Position numbers and translations under genes: made by a program. From Sphaeroforma arctica JP610 (lineage: Eukaryota), in the NCBI RefSeq assembly GCF_001186125.1, contig NW_014040081.1, forward strand, positions 1-43,788: a DNA stretch of 43,788 nucleotides. The letters are read 5' to 3'. The notes under the pieces were generated by a model. That model did no database searches. It saw only the letters and a list, made by a program, of their open reading frames with translations, and was not told the DNA's origin. Below are positions 12,900 through 22,500 of this stretch, piece by piece. Every line of letters starts with the position of its first letter. Position 1 is the first letter of the stretch.

Positions 12900-13075
12900 G
12901 GAACCACTAAACATTACCCCGCGGGTATGTAGATTCCACTAATCACTACCCCTACCATTATGGCAGTACGTTTTCATGACGAGCACATAGTAGTAATATA
13001 CCCAGACCCTACTATATTTTTTAGGGGTAGTGACTAGTGAAAATACATCGTTTCAGGGCAGTAAATAGTGGATTT
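12900..13075. mobile_element. MITE-like element with long imperfect inverted repeats
   Basis: atgtagattccactaatcactaccccta (~12927-12954) is the near reverse complement of taggggtagtgactagtgaaaatacat (~13022-13048). Outer ccacta/tagtgg also pair. Confidence 0.6.
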
Positions 13076-14404
13076 TGAGGGGCGGATTGAATAAGCTTGC
13101 GATAGAGTTCATATACAAGTTATTCACATGCGAATCAATTTCCCTCTTTATTCTGTAGTGCTAACGTACATTGTAATCACTTTCCGGCAATGGGTACGCA
13201 CTGATGAGAGCGGTAAGGGGAGGAAGGGGGGGGGGGACTAACCCCCCCCCCCTCCTGTCGGACCCCAGTAAACGTATGTTACTATAGTGGGATTACCTCT
13301 TATCTATATATGTAACTAGATATGTTACAGTACCATGCGTACGCTTGCCAGCAGTATACTTTCAGCTATATAAATTATTCACCCGAAGAAAACAAAGGAA
13401 AAATAAATGTTCGAGGTTAGACAAACGGGCATATAAATTACAGAAGTGTTTCAGTCGGCGCAACATTCGTTCTAGATCCAATAATACGACCTCCCTACAT
13501 TACTGACAGTCTCAAATACAATCAGGTCTGCAAGCCATACCACGGACGACAGTGTTGTGAAGCTACTTAAGTGATGTCGAAACATACAAAGCATTGTGGA
13601 GAAAACCTGATATATGCTCCGACATCATTAAAAACCAATACGAGGTCATTTGATCGCAGTAATTCAGACTAAGCGGATGTCGTTATTTTAGAAGATTCGT
13701 TATAAGAAGCCACCATCTACCTATCGGGCTATGTGTTTGACATGTAAATGAGGGGATTATAAAGTAGCCCTGATTGAGTGTTCTAGCGTGATAAGCTGGT
13801 CAATCCTTACGGCCTTTGTTAGGACAGAAATAGTCGTAGGTGGCATATGAAGTTCCTCCTTCTTCTATTGAAGCCATGACGGACAAAGTTGATGAAATCA
13901 ATGGCTATGGACTCTAAAGCTACTAAATAAATAACCTTCGACAGACTTTCAAATGACATATTTGATTGAAGATGATAACTGAGTCGTCAACCGAGCATGA
14001 GAAAACGTTCGATAATGCAATGGGCGAGGCTGCTGAGCGACTGTCTAGATATTGAGCCTCGCCTACTTCAGGTACGAAATCGGCAATTAATTCCGCTGAG
14101 AAAATTTGACTTGAAATCTGTCAAGTTCAGGGGCAATTCTGACTGAAATGGTTTCAATGGAGGATGAGATATTAAACCTTCCATGCTACTATTGAACGCC
14201 ATGTTGCAATCCTTAAATACGATGATATTGACCCATTTATTACTAAAGGACACTCCATCATCACTGTACATTGAATCCACCCTTCTTCAATTTATATACC
14301 TAGATACCATTAGAGTTCCTAAAGAATCCAATAATCGCTGGACACAGGAGGAACAATATCTCGTCACATATTTGTATTTCTGTTCATGACTATTAAGAAA
14401 ATTC

Positions 14405-14850
14405 GTACCCGGGTCGATAGTCTGCTATTTGTAACAGAGCATTGGTATTGCATATTTCATTAATCGTATTCGGGCAGAGTATGCAAGCATTACGATGCGC
14501 AATTTATCTGACATTGAAAGACATTATAACAAGGAGCCAGAAGGCACGACTTTTAAGTCGCACGAATGTATTGCTTGGATGATGGTATGGTTCAAAGCCC
14601 TGGACCATAATTTATCAACCACCATTCATGCCTTATTTCTTCCGTCTTGAGCCCGAATACGAACAATATACATTGTCCACTTTTTGCTTGAAAAATGGAC
14701 TTATCAGGTAATTTTCAAGTTACTTCAGCTTTCATTTGTTTTTACAATAGCAAGACTTCACACTTGAATATTAAGACTACATCAGTTTGATTTTGTCAAC
14801 TGGAACCTAGACAGTAAAAACAAGAAATTTTTACGTGCCACTGAATGAAA
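14405..14850 (+). pseudogene. Decayed coding segment, paralog copy A (family unknown)
   Basis: Aligns with 15600-16100. Frame FGQSMQALRCAIYLTLKDIITRSQKAR...LSTFCLKNGLIR and FDFVNWNLDSKN. Differences from copy B are enriched at synonymous positions; contains in-frame stops. Confidence 0.6.
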
Positions 14851-15599
14851 CTGGCTCTGCATTTGTGTTGCGGTTGTTGACATGATGACACCAAAAACAA
14901 CAATATCTGCCACACATCTGTATGTTTAATATGTAAGACATAGTAATGATATGTGCGCAATGGATGACCTTACGTGTAGCAAATCATTGGCGCACGAGAA
15001 AGAGCTGCGAACAAGCATGGCATTAACCTATGCAATCATCGCCCTATAGGATGAGCGAAGTTTCGAAAAGTAGTTCATTTTGTGGACAACTACTGGTGAT
15101 TACATCTGTGGCGAATACTGTATATCGTACTGAATTTTTTATATTTATGTTAAACAGCAATAGCCCCCTACAATACAAATCATGCATCACGCGATGCAGT
15201 GCTAGGTATCATTTTATATATGCTACTTTCTATTCATCAGAGCAATGGTGCTCGGTCTGCGGGTCATTCTGCCGTCAGATAATGCATTTATCGAGCGATG
15301 AAGCATGAAGTCTAGTGAGAGATTGAAAACTAATTGCAAGTTTGACAGAACAGAATATCATCTGAGAGATGACAAAGTTATTAGCAAGCTGACCAGCATC
15401 TGATGCCACAGAAAATATTAGAATAAACACTTTATCAATGTGAGACCCGAGTCTTATGAAGAATGAATGCATGTAGGACTACCATGCCATGATAATGAAC
15501 GCGCAGTTCTTTGCATGGTGATGAGTTGCCGTATAAAATGAATTTTTCGGATTTCGTTGTCTAATATTTCTGTTTATGATCATTAAGAACTAAGCATCA

Positions 15600-16100
15600 C
15601 GCCCCGGGTGAACATTTTGCAGTTTGTAACAAAGCATCAATATAGTCTGTTTCATTGTTCTTTTTCGGGCGGAGTATACAAGAATTTCGATGCGCAATTG
15701 ATCTGACTCTGAACAACACTATAACAAGCAGCCGGAAGGCTCGAAAATATATGTTCGTGTTAAGTCGTACTATTGTTTTGTCCGAATGTTGACATGGTTC
15801 AAAGCCCCGAACCATGATATGTCAACGGCTATTTGGGCCTTATTGTTACTTTTACCTTGAACCCTTCTAAAACTGAGTCAATATATTATCTACTTTATGC
15901 TTGAAATATGGACTTGTCAGGTAATTTTCAAGCTACTTCAGCTCAAATACAATACTTATTCTATAACAATATCAGAACTCCACAATTGAAGATTGAAACT
16001 GTTTAACTATTATTAATATTATCCCTATGCTAGTTTGATTTCGTCAACTGGAACCTAGACAGTAAAAACGAGCCTATTTTATGTGCTGCAGAATGAAACT
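15600..16100 (+). pseudogene. Decayed coding segment, paralog copy B (family unknown)
   Basis: Frame FGRSIQEFRCAIDLTLNNTITSSRKAR...LSTLCLKYGLVR and FDFVNWNLDSKN. Four indels versus copy A are multiples of 3; contains nonsense codons. Confidence 0.6.
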
Positions 16101-17190
16101 TCTTCAGTATTGACGTTAAAGGCTTAATTTTCCCGACATATATCACAAAATATCGAAGTCCAAGATCTGACAAGGCTGCCAGATTATGCACGTTGAGAAC
16201 CGGATTTGGCGAAGGTTAACATTATGAAAACTGGATATGTTCTTTTTGTATTGTTACATATGTGCAGCTTGTGGTATAGTAAACAAATGCTGTAGATGTA
16301 TCAAAATAGTATAACTTGTGCTGGATAGTGCTAGTTTCGCACCCTTCTAAGGGGGTGAGCTGGTTAATGGTTAGTTTGATATAGGTGTATTTGTTGTATG
16401 AGGAAAAACTTGTGGCCGTTGCCGATGCATTGTCTGTTAGTATTCATGTGTTGTGTATGTAATTTTCAATGTAACCCGTCGCAAGGAACACTTTTAGTTT
16501 CAGGTGGTCAGCTGGTGGAGGTTGACGAATGAATGCGGTTCCTTTTAAAGCGTTTCTCAATGAGAACAACTTATGCAGAATGAACTTCCTTCAGTATCGA
16601 CTTGATACTTTATTTTCCCGATGGCCTTAGCACGCCGAAAGAAGTATTGGGCGAAAGTTCACGAATTGGAAACTGGTTACAAAAAAAACTCTCTGTATTG
16701 TCACACATGTGCACAACTTGTGAGATGATAAACACTGTTTGTTGATGCATCAAAATACTTAAATGGTGCTAGATAGTGCTAGTTGAGCACCCTGCTCGGG
16801 GGACAAGTTAATAAAATTAGTATTAGGCTTTAATCATATGTTAGAAAATTCTGCGACGATTGACGTTAATGCCGCCAGATTTCACGCGTTGAGAGTTGTA
16901 TTTTGTTTATGAATTAGAAACTGAATATTAAGTAGACAGTTATTTGTATTGTTACACAGGTGCGACTTGTGAGTTGATACACAAATGTTTGATGTAGCAA
17001 AATATTTAATTGATGCTGGACAGTTCTAGTTGCGCACCTTACTAAGGGGGTGAGTTATCAAAACAAGTATTCAGCTGTTATCGTATGTATGAAAATTTCT
17101 GCAACGATTGACGAGGTCGCCAGATTTTGCTTGTTGGGAGCCGTATTTGGCCAAGGTTTATGAATTGGAAACTGAATACGAAGAAGTTAA

Positions 17191-17350
17191 TGTTGGTGCG
17201 AATGTAAAATCCTAAATAATCCTACTGTACTTGGGTGTCATAGTGTCAGTGCAGTGAGTCCAGTAAGGGCCAACGTCGTAATTAGATAATATATGTATTT
17301 TGTAATAACAATTTTATAATAAAGTCACTTGTACATAAATAGTTCTAACA
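17191..17350 (+). repeat. 5' LTR (160 bp)
   Basis: Starts TGTTGG, ends CTAACA, contains AATAAA, homologous to 19090-19304. Confidence 0.92.
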
Positions 17351-17909
17351 GGTTATGGGCTTAATTAGTACCAATTCTTTATTAGCATAAACCCACCCCT
17401 CACTCCCCCACCCCCGCTCCCCCACCCCCGCTCCCTCTCCGTCAGGTCGCTATCCCACGATTCAGTTTCTCGTCCATCGATTCCGCCAACCAATTTCGCG
17501 CAAATTTATTTTCCCGACTTGATGACTATAGATCTCTCGATCACGCCAAACGCCATCTGCGCATGCTCAACAATATTCTTGGCCGCATACTTGAGTTTGA
17601 CACCCAACTCAAAGTCCACCCAGTCAACGTATTCCCCAGTGCCCATGAAGCATTCCCCGAACTAGCCACCAACGATGCCATCACCGAACGCAACGATGCT
17701 CATGCCCCACACACTGCAGAATATCATAAACTCAAGGCTACCGCTGACGAGCACGAGGTCACCATAGTCGAACTCAAATAAGCTAAGGACAACCTCCTCG
17801 ACGAACTTAGAGAGACCCGAACTGAACGCGATGCTCGACCCACACCAAATCAGTAGGCAGTCCTCGACAGCCTCGAACACGACAACATAGTGTCCGTGTC
17901 GTCCAGATC

Positions 17910-18785
17910 TCCCACATAGACGAGGCTATTGCACACTTCGGACTCGCCGATGCCCATCCTGTCCCCGCTGAGAACCTCACTACCAATGATGGTTTACCCC
18001 ACCCATGTGAATACCGCGAACTAGTCGGGTCCCTGCTTTACCTATCCATCCTGACATGTATCGACATCACCTTCGCTGTCAATACGCTTTCTCGTTTCCT
18101 CAATAAACCCAGCGAGACCCACTGGACTGCTGTCTGCCGTGTTCCCCGATAGCTCAAAACCTACCCCACCCTCGGACTCGCCTACAGCAAGGCCGATGCA
18201 GCACTCACGATTGACGCCTACACAGACTCTGGTTACGCCAGCTGTCCTGACATACGCCGCTCACCCACAGAATACGTCATACGTGTGTGCAACACTTCAG
18301 TTATATGGAAGAGAAAGCACCAGAAGTCCGTCTGCACGAGCACCGCCGAAGCTGAGTACTACGCTGCGAGCGAGGCATCCGAACTACACCTCGCCCCAGA
18401 CAGCGCGACTACACTATATTGTGACAACAAATCTGCTGTCCATGTCATCACCAACACAGGTACACCAAAACAACTAAAACACATCGACATTCGAGTTCAC
18501 CGTATCCGCGATCTTCAGGAACAAGGTATCGTCGACACGCAATATGTCGCCACGCACGAGAACATAGCCAACTATCTCACTAAAAGCCTCCCGCCACCAG
18601 CCTACAGCAAACGTAGCGCTAGCACGCTAACCGCTGTTGTCGACCCCGATGCCGCCTCTGTCAATTCCGCTGCCACCGCTACCAATCAGCACTTTGTCGC
18701 CGCTTTCTCTTACGCCAGCGATGACACAGAGACTCACATCACTAACACAATCTACCGCGTCTGCTTCCTACACTACAACAACTAA
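17910..18785 (+). pseudogene. Copia pol remnant: RT C-terminus plus RNase H
   Basis: YRELVGSLLYL...DITFAVNTLSRF...HWTAV, then AYTDS...SVIWKRKHQKSVCTSTAEAEYYA...LYCDNKSA...KHIDIRVHRIRD...NIANYLTKSL. One in-frame TAG at ~18149; protease, integrase and most of RT are missing. Confidence 0.93.
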
Positions 18786-19089
18786 CCACCCAAGAGAGTC
18801 GCAAAACATGCACACAGCCACACATACATATACACACTGACGTGACCTCTAGGTCACCAGTGTAAAACTGCCATCTCTAAACCCCCAGCATCCCCGACAC
18901 CACCGACCAGAGCCCCCAACAAACGGATGTTGCCGGGCCCTTCAGAAATTTACTTTCTCGTGTCACAATTTCCGAAATTCTTCAACGACACTTCACTTAA
19001 CCACTAAATGAGGAGAGCCCACCAAATCGCGTCTCACGTCTCACGACATCAATGCTTCACTCCCCATTTTGCTTCTAAATTCAGGAGAG

Positions 19090-19304
19090 TGTTGGAGCTA
19101 ATGTAAAACCCTAAATAACCCTACTGTATTTGAGTGTCATGGTGTTTGTGTCAGTGGGTCCAGTATGGGCCCATGTTGTAATTATATAATATTTGTATAT
19201 ATTATAATAACAATTTTATAACCCATGTTGTAGTTAGACAATATCTGTATTTATTATATTTATTATTATTATAATAAAGTCACTTGTAAATAATGGTTCT
19301 AACA
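19090..19304 (+). repeat. 3' LTR (215 bp, with an internal ~55-bp duplication)
   Basis: Starts TGTTGG, ends CTAACA. The cccatgttgta...ataa segment is present twice. Confidence 0.92.
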
Positions 19305-20099
19305 GTTAATTCCTCGTATTGTCACACAGGTGCAACTTGTGAGATGATAACGATGTTTATTCTTGTATCAAAAAAAAAAAATTGGTACTGAATGGTGCTA
19401 GATGCGCACCCTACCAAGGGGGTGAGTTAATAGATACGTATTCTGCAGTAATCGTTGGTAGGGTAAATCCTGCGACGATTGACGACAAGACCGTCCGATT
19501 TTGCATGTTGGGAGCCGCATTTGGCGAATGTTTATGGACTAGAAACTGAATATGAGATAATGTATTGTCACACATATATTGATGCTTAATGATGTAGAAT
19601 GTTCTATTGGTGGACGATAGTCCTGGTCTCGCAGCGTACTACAGTTATATCTATTCCAACTTAATGTGGTGCCAGTACCACGACAGCTTTGACTTTTCTT
19701 TTTTTGCACGCTACAGAGACATAAATATAACTAAGATTTTTAGGGCTGGACTGACATGAAAATCGACTAGGTCGTGGGTACGACATACGATTGTTTTCTT
19801 GATTTAGGAACGTTCGTTTTTGGCACGGCCGGACATCATACTCATATTCTCAGCTGTCGAATCCAATTTCACCACTTAGCATACTCAAAAACATCCTAAA
19901 CGCTGCCCTGAATAGAAAGGTAAAAAAGCGCCCGACAAGAAAGAGAGTAAGGGGTCTGTATAACCTAGAAAAAAAACATATATTTTTAGAAAACGTAGGG
20001 ACAAGGGGTTGTAAGATTTCCACTGTCTAATCAATAATCAAACACGCACGCATACACGAACCACATGCACACACAAGCTTGTAGGTGTAGTAGCACACT

Positions 20100-20678
20100 C
20101 AATAGTTGACATCAATACATTCGGAGTGTACGGATGCATTCGTAAAGAGCATGATATTTCACTGCTCAGGCTACTGGTGGAGTATAAGGACTGCTATGTG
20201 TATGAAACTTTGATAATTTACTTGGCCATATAAAGATGCACACGAGAAAAAATTTCAAGTTCTTTATAGTCAGTTCGTGTAATATACGTGCATCACAACG
20301 AAGGTTTCAAAGAAAGTATAAAAATCAGCAAAGTCAAAGCCATATAAAGATGCACACGAGAAAATTTCTCAAGTTCTTTAAAGTCAGTTCGTGTAATATA
20401 CGTGCATCACAACGAAAGTTTCAAAGAAAGTATAAAAATCAGCAAAGTCAATAGTTGACATCAATACATTCGGAGTGTACGGATGCATTCGTAGAGAGCA
20501 TGATATTTCACTGCTCAGCTACTGGTGGAGTATAAGGACTGCTATGTGTATAAAACTTTGATAATTTACTTGGCCATATAAAGATGCACACGAGAAAATT
20601 TCTCAAGTTCTTTAAAGTCAGTTCGTGTAATATACGTGCATCACGAATGTTTCAACGAAAGTATAAAAATCAGCAAAG
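20100..20678. repeat. Near-identical nested tandem duplication (A-B-B-A-B; A ~125 bp, B ~112 bp)
   Basis: caatagttgacatcaatac... at ~20100 and ~20449; gccatataaagatgcacacgag...cagcaaag at ~20225, ~20339 and ~20573. Confidence 0.9.
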
Positions 20679-20761
20679 CATCCAGGCTATTTAACATCAT
20701 TTGCACCAATGTTTTCGGTTGTACACCAGCATTTTCTTCGACGGTAGTGTGTCTCCGGTGA

Positions 20762-21083
20762 AGCTTAAGAAGGAAGCCTACAATCAAATAGCATCATACG
20801 CAATTGCGACCTTTCAAGTTCTAGACAACAAAGTCCATGGTACCACAAGAGAAACGTTAGAGCTACTGTTTTGGACTTGTCTACGAACTTGGGAGATGAC
20901 CCTCATAGAAATCGGCTGTTGCCCAGCTTAAGAAGGAAGCCTACAATCAAATAGCATCATACGCAATTGTGACCTTTCAAGTTCTAGACAACAAAGTCCA
21001 TGGTACCACAAGAGAAACGTTAGAGCTACTGTTTTGGACTTGTCTACGAACTTGGGAGATGACCCTCAAAGAAATCGGCTGTT
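20762..21083. repeat. Near-identical ~165-bp tandem duplication
   Basis: agcttaagaaggaagcctacaatc...gaaatcggctgttgc occurs twice; the peptide TFQVLDNKVHGTTRETLELLFWTCLRTWEMTL is duplicated in the ORF track. Confidence 0.9.
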
Positions 21084-21292
21084 GCGTAACGATGCGATGC
21101 GAGGAGTGGGATGCACTTTACGAAGCAGGTAAAGCAATTCAAAGAAGGAGAACTTTGGCCTATGATTCAGATTTTCTGGTGTATGACTATGGTGTGGACA
21201 AATGTTTTGTATTGGGTACTTAAGCGGAAAGGGGTATACCACTCTCTTTCTGTCTCGGTATATACTTAACGCAACAATACACACTCTTTATC

Positions 21293-21312
21293 NNNNNNNN
21301 NNNNNNNNNNNN
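21293..21312. other. Assembly gap (20 N)
   Basis: Run of n characters. Confidence 1.
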
Positions 21313-21566
21313 AGGCCGTATTTCTACATTAGTAAGTAGATGAACGATGAATCGTTTCTTGCGTTGTGACTACACGCGTCACCTACATCACAAAAACAGA
21401 CCAATACACCGCGTTTGCATTGATCGTTTGACCTACAGATGCATCATAGTAATCCCGATATCGTGCATGAAGATAAAGGATACTGAATGCACTACACTCT
21501 TGTCTTACCTCGGATAAATGCTGACTGTGTGAAGTGTCTTTTCGGCAAGCACTAAAACCATTCAGA

Positions 21567-22500
21567 AGTGCTTGAGGGATTAAATCAGTTAGAAGGAGAA
21601 GATGATGCTTGCATTAGATAAAAAGATATTGGTGAAACCTAGATAGATTATAGCATCAAACTTACATATCGTTTGGGTGAGTACAACCCCAAGACAAAGA
21701 AGAACAAATTCTCTAGGCTTTTGGTGTGACTCTACTACCTGATAGATTCTGTAAATACGTATGTCAATGTACCTAAGATAAAGTGGTCCATTTTCTATTT
21801 ACAGGGAATAATACTATGTTGTTTTTCTTTGGCGCGGCTACATAATAAAACGGCAGAACAGAACAGCATTTCTTTGAATGTCGAGATTAGATGAAGTTTC
21901 CATGAAATAATCTGTACAGTCAACAATAAGTGCAGTTTTTAAATAGTCCACATCGAAGTACAATGGTAGGAGAAGGTTGTTATTAATTTCCTCACCGAGA
22001 AGTCTAATTCGATCATACGCAGGGTGCCTGAAGTATACATACATAACGAAATCAGCGTCGTTTAACTTAATAAGTGCTTGGGGGTTTGATATCATATAGA
22101 AGAGACGATGATTGTTGTATTAGATAAAAAGGTATTGCTGGAGCTAAGATAGATGATAGCGTCAAGTTTACATATTGCTCGGGTGAATACAGCCCCGAGG
22201 TAATGAAGAACAAACTCTCGAGGCTTATGGTGTGACTCCACTACCTGATGGATTCACTAAATATGTATGTCGTTGTATTTAGAATTGAAGGGAATAGTAC
22301 TATATTGTATTTCTTTGGCGCGGCTACATAATTAAAAAGGTAGAACAGGACATCATTTATTTGAATGTCATGTTTAGAGGAAGTTTCCATGAAATACTTT
22401 GTACAATCAACGACAAGCGCAGTTCTTGGATAATCCGAAGACTGATCATATCATGCACAGGGTGCCTGAAGTATGCATACATAGCGAAATTTTCGCCGTT
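21567..22500 (-). pseudogene. Decayed ~505-bp tandemly duplicated coding segment (family unknown)
   Basis: Copies 21567-22071 and 22072-~22500. Minus-strand peptides align: FVMYVYFRHPAYD/FAMYAYFRHPVHD, TALIVDCTDYFMETSS/TALVVDCTKYFMETSS, LENLFFFVLGLYSP/LESLFFITSGLYSP, with stops and frameshifts. Confidence 0.6.

Larger units (their letters stand above)
17191..19304 (+). mobile_element. Internally deleted Ty1/copia LTR retrotransposon (2114 bp)
   Basis: TGTT...AACA LTRs at 17191-17350 and 19090-19304, 5-bp TSD GTTAA (17186-17190 and 19305-19309), PBS GGTTATGGGC at 17351, purine tract AGGAGAG at 19083-19089, copia RT/RNase H relic inside. Confidence 0.95.
16175..19575 (+). pseudogene. Decayed tandem ~250-bp (~84-aa) repeat-protein array, ~5 units, interrupted by a copia element
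   Basis: Units share DF(A/T)(C/R)WEPxLAKVYELETEY...YCHTGATCEMI...VLVxHPxKGVS. The motif's GAT codon lies at ~16182, 16878, 17123 and 19497, with a partial unit at ~16650. The frame reads through the copia site once the element and one TSD are removed. Confidence 0.7.

Noticed and set aside
14405..16100. Aligned in-frame TGA codons in both paralogs (frame RAEY...WFKA...), suggesting UGA=Trp or Sec recoding
   Set aside because: Synonymous changes concentrate in the neighbouring frame (LRCAIYLTL), where those TGAs are just parts of codons such as CTT-GAG. Stops in the true frame are not shared between copies.
16985..17020. Ankyrin-like peptide FDVAKYLIDAG in the 250-bp array
   Set aside because: It lies in a frame not conserved across the other units; likely chance.
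16340..19430. Recurrent AAGGGG|GTGAG as splice donors making each unit an exon plus intron
   Set aside because: The supposed intron also keeps a conserved reading frame (YSAVIV, LRRLT) continuous with the next unit, and one unit lacks the GT.
16175..21083. CRISPR-like or repeat-spacer array
   Set aside because: Units are long and homologous over their whole length, with no short invariant repeats separating unique spacers and no cas-like genes.
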